DNA from: Sedimentisphaerales bacterium
GTDB lineage: Bacteria; Planctomycetota; Phycisphaerae; Sedimentisphaerales; SM23-30
Assembly: GCA_963666285.1 (NCBI GenBank)
Contig: OY762711.1
Strand: one strand, 5' to 3'
Length of the DNA: 64,000 nucleotides
Positions 11,695 through 21,890 of this stretch are shown here, one piece after another; position 1 is the first letter of the stretch, and the number at the start of each line of letters is the position of its first letter. The translations under genes were made by a program, and so were the position numbers. Below the pieces are notes generated by a model that worked only from the letters and a program-made list of their open reading frames with translations, was not told the DNA's origin and ran no database searches.

Positions 11695-12414
11695 TCAGGC
11701 AGCTTCACCGGGCATCTTTATCATGCCCTTTCTATGCTGAACCTCTATCGACTTATTTGCCCAGAGGTGCCTCCTCACAAAAAATCGCCAGACTCCCATA
11801 CAAAACCACAACGGAAAACTTAACAGATAGTCCGCCTGCTTTTTGATCGCATCCTGAACACTATTCATAAATTCATATTCTTTTGAACTCAATGCCAGGT
11901 TGCCGTTAAACATAATATAACTCTCTGCTTCCCTGTGTTTTGCCCATTGCTCATTAATGTCAATTTTAGCAAAACTTTGCATATAAGATTTCGGCGGCTG
12001 CGGATGCAAATGACCATCCTTTGTACTGCCTGTTGTTAGTGCATAATCTCCGCCAAAATAAGTAACAAAATCACAAGAACAATTTACCGTTTTGCCGGCC
12101 TCAACCATATAATAACACATAAACATTGGCCTGCTTTTATGCTTCCATCCTGCAATTTCTGCCGATGTAGAGCATATTTGCATTCTATAACTTCCCTGAT
12201 ACTCAAAATCATTCTTCTCTGCAAATATCAAAAAGTCATCCGGAACTTCAAAATCACCCATCGGCTCAATCCTGGCACTTTTGAGAGCATAAGTATAAAT
12301 ACAGTACATAACACTTACTCCCCCAATAGCAAATACAGCTCCTACAGATACAACTGCAAACACTACATCCCTCAACTCAAATAACAATGGAATAATCTTA
12401 TCAAACATAGACAC
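11695..12414 (-). CDS. Hypothetical membrane-anchored protein
   Basis: 239-aa ORF, AAGGA RBS, N-terminal hydrophobic segment. Confidence 0.7.
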   Translation of the reverse strand: MSMFDKIIPLLFELRDVVFAVVSVGAVFAIGGVSVMYCIYTYALKSARIEPMGDFEVPDDFLIFAEKNDFEYQGSYRMQICSTSAEIAGWKHKSRPMFMCYYMVEAGKTVNCSCDFVTYFGGDYALTTGSTKDGHLHPQPPKSYMQSFAKIDINEQWAKHREAESYIMFNGNLALSSKEYEFMNSVQDAIKKQADYLLSFPLWFCMGVWRFFVRRHLWANKSIEVQHRKGMIKMPGEAA

Positions 12415-12499
12415 TCCTTATCAATAACACACAAATCATACTCAATCATATCAATTTCAATTTACATTCCACATCTGATATAAACTGTTTAATGCCGAA

Positions 12500-12593
12500 T
12501 ATTTTAATCAAACGTGAGACGACCTGTCCGGAGCTGGTCGAAGGATAGTCGAACACCTGAATGTTTAATTATTCATTATTCACTTAATTGACC
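12500..12593 (+). repeat. Dispersed repeat family R1, partial copy 3
   Basis: CGTGAGACG...GATAGT.GAACACCT...TTCACTTAATTG as in copy 1, with an extra inserted hairpin. Confidence 0.6.
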
Positions 12594-13814
12594 TTATTTC
12601 TCCGGCCCTAATATCGTCGTTGTCACAACCTCCATAGGAAACTGCTCAATCGTCTCATTAATCTGTTCAAGTGTAACTGCATTCACCAAATCCAGCTCCT
12701 CTTTCACTGTCATATATTCCTGCCGATACATCCAACCCATACCTAGCGGCACCAGGCGCCCCATCGGCACCTCGCTGGTTATTATACGCGCTGAACCGAT
12801 CTTGTTCTTGCCAGTCTGCAGCTCATCGTCAGTTATCCCGTTTGCCCGGATATCCGACAAAACATCTTTGACTATTGCCAGCACCTGCTCGGTCTTATCC
12901 GGATCACATGAGATATAGCTGTAATACAATCCGGTACCGTCCAGTGACTCAAAATCAAATGAAGCATAATCTGCCAGCGCTTTATCTACCAGTGCCCAGT
13001 GCAGACGCGAATTGCCTTCATCTCCAATTACACCACCCAATATCCCGGCCGCATAACGCTTCATATTCTGGGCCGATGGCCCCTGCAGCATCAGGCATAT
13101 ATGATCACGCTGGACATTCGGCGAACTGTAACGCTCCTGCGTACCGGTACCAACGAAATCTGACAGCTTACGCGTCGGCTTATGCGGCTGCCAGTGTCCG
13201 CAAAGCTCGTTCGCCTGACTCTTCAGCAGCTCTAGGTCAACCTTGCCGCTGCATGCCAGGATTATATTATCAGGACTGTATCTGCTGGCAAAATATTCAC
13301 GCATCTGGCTGCTTGCCAATGCGATAATTGATTCATCACTGCCCAATACACTATTACCGCTCGGGTATCCCTTATAGTGCTGACTCCGGCATTTATCTAT
13401 TACATCAAAATGCGGCAGATCCTTATACATCGCGATTTCTTCCAGGATTACTCCCTTTTCGATATCAAAATCTTCCTGCTTCAAACCAGGCCTCATCAGA
13501 TCTGACCACAAATCCATCACCTGCCCCTGGTATTCCGGCAAAACACACGCGTAATATACCGTATTCTCCTCGGAGGTAAATGCATTATACTTGGCACCCA
13601 TCTGGTCAAATTCGAGATTAACATCCATCGCCGAACGCTTATCTGTCCCCTTAAACAGCATATGCTCCAGGAAATGACTTACACCCGCTATTTCCGGGCT
13701 CTCATCCCTGCTGCCTGTTCGCACAAAAAAGCCTAATGCTGTCGATAAGGCACTATCGTTGATCTCTGCCAGTACCGTTAAACCATTGTCCAGTTGTATA
13801 TGTTCAAATCGCAT
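12594..13814 (-). CDS. M16 family (pitrilysin-like) zinc peptidase
   Basis: GVSHFLEHMLFKGT inverted zincin motif, NAFTS. Confidence 0.95.
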   Translation of the reverse strand: MRFEHIQLDNGLTVLAEINDSALSTALGFFVRTGSRDESPEIAGVSHFLEHMLFKGTDKRSAMDVNLEFDQMGAKYNAFTSEENTVYYACVLPEYQGQVMDLWSDLMRPGLKQEDFDIEKGVILEEIAMYKDLPHFDVIDKCRSQHYKGYPSGNSVLGSDESIIALASSQMREYFASRYSPDNIILACSGKVDLELLKSQANELCGHWQPHKPTRKLSDFVGTGTQERYSSPNVQRDHICLMLQGPSAQNMKRYAAGILGGVIGDEGNSRLHWALVDKALADYASFDFESLDGTGLYYSYISCDPDKTEQVLAIVKDVLSDIRANGITDDELQTGKNKIGSARIITSEVPMGRLVPLGMGWMYRQEYMTVKEELDLVNAVTLEQINETIEQFPMEVVTTTILGPEK

Positions 13815-13971
13815 AAATCTTCCTTTATTTCTCTATAAACTCTATTGATTATAGCGTAAACATTCCGACAGGTAAACAGATAATAAACACCTGATATCTT
13901 TTAAGGACACCTCTGTTATGAGGTCTTCCTTAAGGATGCCTCTATAAATTACTTTTTAGAGCACTTTAATA

Positions 13972-14094
13972 TTTTCTGTTCCGATTTATACCTCTGTGAG
14001 GATGAGGCTGACAAAGAAGAAAACACAGTAATATTCATATATTGCGAGTATTTCTGATGTAGTCAGCCGAAACCGCAACAGGCAAAAAGAGAAC
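13972..14094. repeat. Dispersed repeat family R2, copy 2
   Basis: Closely similar to 5464-5586. Confidence 0.85.
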
Positions 14095-14130
14095 ACGCCA
14101 CAAAGTGATGCGAAGCATAAAAATTAAGCT

Positions 14131-16881
14131 CTAATTTACTACTGAACAGATTGCTTTCTGACGGATATTGTCAGAAGATGAGCCAACCTGGACCTCGAAC
14201 CTGCCGGTTGGGACAACATATTTACCGGCATCGGTATCCCAATATCGCAGAGAGGAAGCAGACAGTTCGAACTCAACTGTTTCTGATTTTCCAGAAGCAA
14301 TAGCAACTCGTTTGAAACCGGCGAGGCTATGGATCGGCTGAGGTACGGGTGAGTCTATATGACGGAGATATAGCTGGACGACCTCTTCGCCGTCAACTTT
14401 GCCGGTATTTTTGACATCTACACTAACCTTAATACTGCCGTCAGTTTTGACAATCTTATCAGACAATTCAATCTCGCTGTAATCGAAAGTTGTATAGCTT
14501 AAGCCATAACCAAAGGCATATAGCGGCTTACCTTTGAAATATCGATAGGTACGGTTGGCCATGGAATAATCAGTGAAATCAGGCAGGTCTTTCGTGCTGC
14601 GATAGAAAGTAACAGGCAGACGACCGGCCGGGTTATAATTGCCAAACAGAACATCGGCAACAGCGACACCGCCGTTCTGACCGGGATACCATGCCTGCAG
14701 GATAGCTGACAGGTTTTCAGCTTCCCAAGGGATCGCAATACTACTGCCGGTAAGATTAACAAAGATAACAGGGGTACCGGTTGCGACAAGTTCCCTGAGA
14801 AGGTCGCTTTGGGGCTTTGGCAGTTCGATAATCGTGCGGTCACCCTTATCAAAACCAACGATAGGTTTACGATGGTTCATCTCCTCACCTTCGAGATTGG
14901 CGTTCAAACCACCAACAAAAACAGTAAAATCTGCATTTTTGGCAAGCTCAATAGCCTTCTGAGCTTCATCACTATCCATTGAATAAGGTTCGTCCTGATA
15001 CATCGAGATTGGACAGCCCCTGGTATAGTCAATGATAATATCGTCACCCGCTTCACGACGAATACCTTCCAGAACACTTATCGGGTTGGCAGCATCACCG
15101 TTATAATTAGCATGCAGAACTTTAACTTCAGCTGCGTTCGGGCCAATAACAGCGATACGCCTGAGATGCTTTTTGTTAAACGGAAGCACATCATCATTTT
15201 TCAGCAGTACCATAGATTTCCTGGCAGCTTCAAGTGAAAGCCGGCTGTGCTGAGTGGTATCATTCTGAGAGCCAGGTATTTTCAGATAAGGGCACTCTTT
15301 GGGTGTGTCGAAGAGTCCGAGCTTGAAACGGGCAGTAAGTACGCGGGTAAGAGCACGGTCAAGGTCAGCTTCTGTTAAGAGGCCATCCAGGACAGCATCA
15401 GTTAAGGCAGCATAGGTACCGCCGCAATTCAGGTCGTTACCGGCCAAAATAGAGACAGCAGAAGCCTCTTCGGGTGTACCAACATATTTATGATATCTCC
15501 ATATATCACTAACAGCGCCGCAGTCAGAGACAACATGCCCATCAAAACCCCAAGTATTACGCAGGATATCAGTAAGGAGCATCTTATTGGCAGGACCGGG
15601 CACGCCATAAACAGAATTGTAGACAGACATAATATTGCCGACATTACCTTCCCTCACCGCCATTTCAAACTGTGGCAGGTAAGTTTCAAATAGATCGCGT
15701 TTTGAAACAACCGCATCAAAGGAATGTCGTAGTTTTTCCGGCCCGCTGTGAACGGCAAAATGCTTGGCACAGGCAATTGCCTTGTAATATTCAGGGTCAT
15801 CACCCTGCAGCCCGGTAATAAAGGCAACTGCAAGCTTGCCGGTCAGGTACGGGTCTTCACCATAGGTTTCATGGCCGCGTCCCCAGCGAGGGTCACGAAA
15901 GATATTTATATTCGGGGTCCAGAAGGTAAGCCCGAAGTAACGGGCAGTATTGGGATTCTTTGCCCTGGCTTCATTATTCTTTGCCCTGCCCTCAGTTGAT
16001 ATGACATCAGCAACCTGGTTGAGCATATCGGTATCCCACATAGCCGCCATGCCAATAGCCTGCGGGAAAACAGTTGCCCTACCGGCGCGAGCAACACCAT
16101 GGAGACATTCGTTCCAGTAATCATAGGCCGGCACCCCTAACCTGGAGATTTCATCAGCACTATTAACCAGCTGGCCAACTTTTTCCCGGAGTGACATACG
16201 ACGGATAAGGTCAGCCACCCTCTGATGTATCGGGAAACCGGTATCGGTATAGATAACAGGTTCATCAACCACCGGGATAACCAGCGCCCGCGGATCAACC
16301 ATATCATCAAGATCTTTTGCGTCAACACAAGCCACAGCATAACCATTGGCATCTAAAACAGCAACCGCATTAAATTTGGCATTATTAACTTTTGTCTCAA
16401 AACGAATAGCCAGCGGCCCGTTGATGCTATCTTCCTTATGATACATTTTGGCTTCGAGTTTAATTTCCTTATAGGCCCCTGCCTTGCCGAAGATGTCGAG
16501 GTCCTCTACGATCGGTTCGCTGCCATTATATATGCTAAATACCCGTGCATTCGATCTGTCGTGATAAGTCTCGGCAAGATAGATTTCGAAGGTATATTCC
16601 CCTTCCGGAAGGCCGTCAACCTGAACAATGAATGCCTTGCCATATATTTCCTCATCGTACATGTCCTGGCGGGTTGCTCCAGCTACTTCACACTGATAAC
16701 GACGTTTGGAATGATTTATTTGACCACGCACAATGATGGGCTTACCACATTCTGACATGCCTATTTGGTCGGCACGTAAATCTGATTCAAACAGAAAAGC
16801 AATTAGTAATGCAACAAAAGCAAAGAATATGACTGCACTAACAGGAATATAACGCTTAGAAAACTTCGAAATATTAACCAT
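14131..16881 (-). CDS. GH3 beta-xylosidase/beta-glucosidase with N-terminal malectin-like domain and C-terminal Fn3-like domain
   Basis: WNECLHGV, NIFRDPRWGRGHETYGEDP, KHFAVH, VVSDCGA, GEEVVQLY. Confidence 0.95.
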   Translation of the reverse strand: MVNISKFSKRYIPVSAVIFFAFVALLIAFLFESDLRADQIGMSECGKPIIVRGQINHSKRRYQCEVAGATRQDMYDEEIYGKAFIVQVDGLPEGEYTFEIYLAETYHDRSNARVFSIYNGSEPIVEDLDIFGKAGAYKEIKLEAKMYHKEDSINGPLAIRFETKVNNAKFNAVAVLDANGYAVACVDAKDLDDMVDPRALVIPVVDEPVIYTDTGFPIHQRVADLIRRMSLREKVGQLVNSADEISRLGVPAYDYWNECLHGVARAGRATVFPQAIGMAAMWDTDMLNQVADVISTEGRAKNNEARAKNPNTARYFGLTFWTPNINIFRDPRWGRGHETYGEDPYLTGKLAVAFITGLQGDDPEYYKAIACAKHFAVHSGPEKLRHSFDAVVSKRDLFETYLPQFEMAVREGNVGNIMSVYNSVYGVPGPANKMLLTDILRNTWGFDGHVVSDCGAVSDIWRYHKYVGTPEEASAVSILAGNDLNCGGTYAALTDAVLDGLLTEADLDRALTRVLTARFKLGLFDTPKECPYLKIPGSQNDTTQHSRLSLEAARKSMVLLKNDDVLPFNKKHLRRIAVIGPNAAEVKVLHANYNGDAANPISVLEGIRREAGDDIIIDYTRGCPISMYQDEPYSMDSDEAQKAIELAKNADFTVFVGGLNANLEGEEMNHRKPIVGFDKGDRTIIELPKPQSDLLRELVATGTPVIFVNLTGSSIAIPWEAENLSAILQAWYPGQNGGVAVADVLFGNYNPAGRLPVTFYRSTKDLPDFTDYSMANRTYRYFKGKPLYAFGYGLSYTTFDYSEIELSDKIVKTDGSIKVSVDVKNTGKVDGEEVVQLYLRHIDSPVPQPIHSLAGFKRVAIASGKSETVEFELSASSLRYWDTDAGKYVVPTGRFEVQVGSSSDNIRQKAICSVVN

Positions 16882-17105
16882 TGTAGAACCTCATAAAATA
16901 ATAGAATTATAATTATTGAAATTTTTGGGGTATTTTATGCGCATTTTGGTTGTTTTTTAGCCTGCGATAAATGATACTATATCCAAACCAATGAGGCATG
17001 TCAACTATTCTTTGACACCATCAATAGCAGAAAATATAAATGCCATAAGGCTATGAAAAAATAAATCCAAATTTAATGGTTCTACAGTGCCTATATTAGT
17101 GCGGT

Positions 17106-17300
17106 TTATGCTTCGCATCATATGTATAACGCACTTTTGACTGTTCGATATTATACGCAAAGGTCGAAACAGTGCCTTGTAAATGAAAAACTTCACATTT
17201 TATTGTGTTTTCGAGCTATTTCTCGAAAGTGTATTTAATTGAAAGCGTTGTAGGAAGGCCCTATTAGGTGATTGCAACATAAAAACTGCGAAAGTAAACT
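17106..17300 (-). repeat. Dispersed repeat family R1, copy 4 (inverted)
   Basis: Reverse complement reads ACTTTCGC...ATGTTGCAA...GGGCCTTCCTACAAC...CTGTTTCGACCTTTGCGTATAAT...GAACAGTCAAAAGTGCG. Confidence 0.75.
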
Positions 17301-17344
17301 AATTCTTAAACTTTTTAACAGTTCTTCCGGACCATCTTCTCTCA

Positions 17345-17775
17345 ACATATGGCAATATTTGCTTCACCATTTACCTTGCTTCGCTAGATCATTATATGTT
17401 TTATTAGCACATTCCGATATGTACTGGCAGGCATGAAAGTAATCTATTATCAAGGTCGCTGTTGGCAGATTCTTGCTTATATGATTATAAAATCCTTGAG
17501 CTCCATCCATTAAAAATACTACCTCTTCTGCCTTGGATGCATTCAAAGATACTGCTTCACGTTTTGAACCATATTGCCAAAGCGACCGATACGGCACAAC
17601 AACGCTCTATAGATTCCTGCTGGACTGCATTTATCAGCTTTTGAAACTCAGACGCAAACATATCTGACATGTTAAGCAATTGATCCGGCGAAATACTGGA
17701 AAGTTTTGCTTGTTGTTGTTCACATAATAACTTAAACTTATTTGAAGATTCAATTATTCAATTACTTTTCACAAT
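17345..17775 (-). pseudogene. Degraded ISKra4/UPF0236-like transposase remnant
   Basis: Fragment VVFLMDGAQGFYN...ATLIIDYFHACQYI matches the DGA...D.FHA signature; upstream GGAGG+GTG frame is broken by a stop and a frameshift. Confidence 0.7.
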
Positions 17776-17963
17776 ATACTCCTATAAATACTGATAAGAT
17801 ACTTATTTTGATCCAGCGTGCCAGATACACATCCAATATGTTTATGGCGGCCAACTGCTCTAGCATTACCCAGGCCTGAACAATTTAAACTGAAAATGGG
17901 ATAGGAATGCCCTACCCCAAGAGAACCGAAGTATTAGAATGAAAAAGGCGTGTTTTATTATAT

Positions 17964-19328
17964 TTATTCTTCCGGTTTTTCCGGTAATTTACTAAGCCTT
18001 CTTTCCCGGTTATCATTTTCGAGAACTTTCTGGAACCCGTCCTTTGACATATATTCAGAATGGCCATCCATAAAACCAACAACATAATACGTATTACAAT
18101 TACTTTCAAATCGTTCATAGACACAAATCATTTCAGATCTGGCTTTGTCATTCAGGTCTTTTCCCCTGAAAATATAGCCGGTACCAATATTTTTTAAGGG
18201 GCTGATCAAGCCTTTGGCAGGATAATCAGCTGTGGTAATCAATTCTTCCAAAGACTCAGGCATTTTTCCTTTATGATCATTCATGTGGATACAACAAGCA
18301 GTAGCAATCCCTTTAACATTCAGCATGCTTATTTGAATATCAGCCTGGTGTTTGGCACTACTATAACAATCCATCATAAAAGGAGCGAGGATTTCCCTGA
18401 TCTGAATATTGTTTATGGAGCCTACCAGCCTGCTCCCGGAGCATTCAGGTTTAATGTTCTTTAGCATAGAGTTGATATCAGGATATTTTTCCTTGATCCA
18501 TGGCTCTTCTTTTAACGCGTAGTTTTGTAATAATTCAACCAAAACAATAGCCCGCTGAGCAGCTTCAACACTTTGAGATTGTGCCGTATAGGAAAGATTC
18601 AGTTTCTTGTTCAGATTCAGGCCAAGAGCTGCCCACTGAACCGACCTAGTAAAATCAGCCCCGGTAGCAATATCGTCAGCTTCCCGAAAAGGATAAAAAG
18701 TTTCCTCGATAACACGTTTAAGACTGACAGAAGGTGTAAATAATAACCTGACACCATATTCCTTAACAGTCTCTTCTGCATTTGACACGTCCTGCCGAAC
18801 ACCATCCGTTTTACCTTTGAGTCTCTCAATCGTATCAGATCTTCCAATAAGCAGGGTATCATCAATATCAACCATAGTATCAAGACTAATAAATGGAACA
18901 TTCTTCAATTCGGTAAGATTCAGCATCTGGACAAGTCCTTTTAATGAAGGACAGTCTTTGCCTGGTTCATGAGGAACAACCAGGTAAAATGCAGGTAAAT
19001 CATGCATACTCATAACAAAATTAACATTCTTAATCCCGTCATTTTTGAACTGGGCGAGATAGCCATCGACAACAATCTTAAACGAGTTGATTTTAGCAAT
19101 AGCCTGATCTGCATCTGCCTGATCAAGATACTCTGCTATATAGTACATGAATTCATCAGTTACAGCCTGGGTATCTACACTATTAAGGTCTACACTTAGT
19201 ATTGCTGCCGTTTCATCTTCGAGCCATGGTTCTAATTGCTCATAGCCTGTTGCAGCAGCTAATGAGTTGCAAAGAAAAACTGAAATCATGGCCAAAATTA
19301 CGACATATGCGTTAAATGTTTTATACAT
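17964..19328 (-). CDS. Secreted hypothetical protein with C-terminal DUF1559/H-X9-DG-like domain
   Basis: Signal peptide; SMLNVKGIATAC...MP and VVGFMDGH motifs. Confidence 0.75.
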   Translation of the reverse strand: MYKTFNAYVVILAMISVFLCNSLAAATGYEQLEPWLEDETAAILSVDLNSVDTQAVTDEFMYYIAEYLDQADADQAIAKINSFKIVVDGYLAQFKNDGIKNVNFVMSMHDLPAFYLVVPHEPGKDCPSLKGLVQMLNLTELKNVPFISLDTMVDIDDTLLIGRSDTIERLKGKTDGVRQDVSNAEETVKEYGVRLLFTPSVSLKRVIEETFYPFREADDIATGADFTRSVQWAALGLNLNKKLNLSYTAQSQSVEAAQRAIVLVELLQNYALKEEPWIKEKYPDINSMLKNIKPECSGSRLVGSINNIQIREILAPFMMDCYSSAKHQADIQISMLNVKGIATACCIHMNDHKGKMPESLEELITTADYPAKGLISPLKNIGTGYIFRGKDLNDKARSEMICVYERFESNCNTYYVVGFMDGHSEYMSKDGFQKVLENDNRERRLSKLPEKPEE

Positions 19329-19351
19329 TTCTATTACTCCTTATAAAAAGT

Positions 19352-20770
19352 CTATTTGTTCAGTTTAATGCGATAGCCAATGAAATTTGCATTGTCATCC
19401 GGGTCCTGAACATCCAGAATTGCCGTATCTCCTTCCAGACGATAGATGAATTCTTCACCAGTGAATGCATTTTCAGGTAACGGTACATTATTTATATCAG
19501 AAAGCCGTTTTGGCAACTGGTCATATTCGGCAACATACATACGTATTGCTTCGACACATTGCATAGCCTGATCGCGAACCTGGAATCTTGCCACAAGAAG
19601 TTTGCATCTATTCAAAGCGGGAAGAAATTCATAGAATATATTTGGGACAGTCATGTAATGACGTTTCCGGTCTAATTCTTTGCTATATTTTTTCATTCTA
19701 TCGCCTATCTGATGATAAGGCACAAAAAGATATTTGAACATATCATCTCGCAAAGGAAGGTATTGCTTCCATTGAGCCAGCATAACTACCTGGGCAGCAG
19801 GCATCATCTCTACCCTGCGAGAGTCGTAGCCATTTGCCAGAAGATAATTTTTGCCCGACACATATCCTGCGGCAACTATCGCAGCTAAAGGGATGTCATC
19901 ATCTACCATCTGCAGCATTTCGCTGAACTTTTTGTTAGCACGCTCAACGGAGAGTATATCAGTTTCCAGATCATCAATACCATCCTTTACCCACAAGCTC
20001 AATTCATATTCAAATGCCTGATGCATATCAATAAATGGTTGAGGCATTACTTTCAGAGCCCAATAGAGATTCGGACTGTCAGGTTGAGATGCGATGTCTT
20101 CGATTATCCTGTAATTTATTGTCGATATTGCAATAGCGACAAGGTCCTGAATGAGAGTTTTGCCCTTGCTTATATCTTCTGCCAGAGCAAAATTATAGCT
20201 GATCATCTCCAAAGCACCATCATAATCGCCGTCAGCTACTTTCACCCGAGCCTCTAAAGCAATAAGTTTAGCAATATTCTTGTAATCAGACAAGCTCGGC
20301 AGCAACATATTTATGCCGTCTTCTATCGGATCCTGCCAGTCGCAGTCGGTTCGATATGCAGCATGTTTTAAGAAGCTAACAGATGAAACGTTGAAAAACT
20401 TCCTGGCATGATCAAGCTGTTTATTCTTAAATTCATAAAATGGCAACTGGACCAATTCCATACAGTCTAATTCACCCTCCTTAAAATTATGATATTCATC
20501 CAGATCGGCTGGAATCATAGCGTTTAACTTATTCCAGTCAACTGCGGCATTGCCGGGAATAAGGTCGATAATAGGAGGCAACAGCCTGTACTGCAGTGCC
20601 GGGACAGGCTCAGAAGCACCGGAAATGGAAATTTCTACATACTTATCAGGTTCTTTTTCACTATCAGTTTTGTCGGTGGCAATAATTGCCTGTCCTGACA
20701 CAGTACTGCCGGCATACATTGCCAAAACCAGCCATAGTAATATTTGTTTGATAATTTTATTCATCATCAT
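19352..20770 (-). CDS. Secreted helical hypothetical protein (ECF-operon associated)
   Basis: Signal peptide, long ORF in operon with ECF sigma; PALQYRLLP...GNAA and CDW...LLP motifs. Confidence 0.75.
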   Translation of the reverse strand: MMMNKIIKQILLWLVLAMYAGSTVSGQAIIATDKTDSEKEPDKYVEISISGASEPVPALQYRLLPPIIDLIPGNAAVDWNKLNAMIPADLDEYHNFKEGELDCMELVQLPFYEFKNKQLDHARKFFNVSSVSFLKHAAYRTDCDWQDPIEDGINMLLPSLSDYKNIAKLIALEARVKVADGDYDGALEMISYNFALAEDISKGKTLIQDLVAIAISTINYRIIEDIASQPDSPNLYWALKVMPQPFIDMHQAFEYELSLWVKDGIDDLETDILSVERANKKFSEMLQMVDDDIPLAAIVAAGYVSGKNYLLANGYDSRRVEMMPAAQVVMLAQWKQYLPLRDDMFKYLFVPYHQIGDRMKKYSKELDRKRHYMTVPNIFYEFLPALNRCKLLVARFQVRDQAMQCVEAIRMYVAEYDQLPKRLSDINNVPLPENAFTGEEFIYRLEGDTAILDVQDPDDNANFIGYRIKLNK

Positions 20771-20820
20771 TAATCCCTCATAATTTTCACATAAACAGAC
20801 CAAAAGTCAGTTTGTGTAAT

Positions 20821-21255
20821 TTAACTGTTTAGCATATCTTTAAGAGAATACACCTTGCCATTTTTACCAGTAGATTTCGGTAAAACCTCCAAGCCATGGT
20901 CAAATACCTGTCTGCGCAGCAACAGGTACGAGTTTTCATCCAGCTCATTTACTGGACCTGAAACAACATTAGTTTCAAGGTTTGTCTTGTCAAATTCAGA
21001 ATCTGCATTATCCTGTACAACAAGCTTAATATTACCGAATGACATTTCTGGTACAGTCTGAGACCGGTTATTTGCCATATTCACAAAAGCTAGCACCATA
21101 ACCAAAAGTATCATACAGCCGTTGGAAACCTGCCAGATCCTGGTATTTTTGCGACCCTGCCTGAAGCCAGCTTCATAAGCCACCGCTGCGGGATCGAGCC
21201 CCGGTTCAACTGGAGCAAGGTTCATAAGTTTATTTTCAAATTCATTTATATTCAT
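20821..21255 (-). CDS. Putative single-TM anti-sigma factor
   Basis: Immediately downstream of ECF sigma; short N-terminus followed by one TM helix. Confidence 0.6.
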   Translation of the reverse strand: MNINEFENKLMNLAPVEPGLDPAAVAYEAGFRQGRKNTRIWQVSNGCMILLVMVLAFVNMANNRSQTVPEMSFGNIKLVVQDNADSEFDKTNLETNVVSGPVNELDENSYLLLRRQVFDHGLEVLPKSTGKNGKVYSLKDMLNS

Positions 21256-21261
21256 GGCAAT

Positions 21262-21744
21262 TCACTCCAATCTATCTTTAAGAGCTTTAATAGCCCTGTT
21301 ATATCTATTGTGCAGGGTTGAGGTTGCTATGCCGGTTATTTCTGAAATTTGCTCAAAGCCCATCTGGCCCCAAAGCCTAAGGGTAACAACTTCGCGAAGT
21401 TCGGTATCAAGTTCAAATAAAGCTTTTTGGACTATTTCGGCGTCCAGCTGATTATCGGTATCCGGCTGAAACCATAATTTACCGTCAACTTTTAGCTTTT
21501 GGACCGCTTTATCTCTGACCTGCTTTTTTCGCAGACGACTGATACAATCGTTTCTAACCGTACGATACAGCCATGCCTTAATATTAACCGGCATATTTTT
21601 CTGGCTGATCAGCTTTACAAACGCTTCCTGAACAACATCTTCGGCATAATTTCCGAGCCATTGCCGGGCGTACAGACACAACCCGGCTGAATATTCGGTA
21701 AAATATTGCTGAATATGTGATGTCCTGGAGGGCAGTCTGTCCAT
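21262..21744 (-). CDS. ECF RNA polymerase sigma factor
   Basis: AEDVVQEAF, KAWLYRTVRN, region 4 HTH. Confidence 0.93.
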   Translation of the reverse strand: MDRLPSRTSHIQQYFTEYSAGLCLYARQWLGNYAEDVVQEAFVKLISQKNMPVNIKAWLYRTVRNDCISRLRKKQVRDKAVQKLKVDGKLWFQPDTDNQLDAEIVQKALFELDTELREVVTLRLWGQMGFEQISEITGIATSTLHNRYNRAIKALKDRLE

Positions 21745-21890
21745 AAAGTCTTTCTTGCTATAGCATTACGCAACAGGTACATTTTTATTATTATACCTGC
21801 TACATATATAAGACGCATGAAGAATGGTTTTTTCCAATAGAAAATGAGAAAAACAAAAATAATACTATTTAAAATTATGGTCAATAAATA

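Noticed and set aside
11683..11697. Possible Sec read-through (GEAA-TGA-SCS*) at the end of the 11695-12414 ORF
   Set aside because: No TCG-TGG-CGA-like hairpin at +22 and no family motif; treated as an ordinary stop
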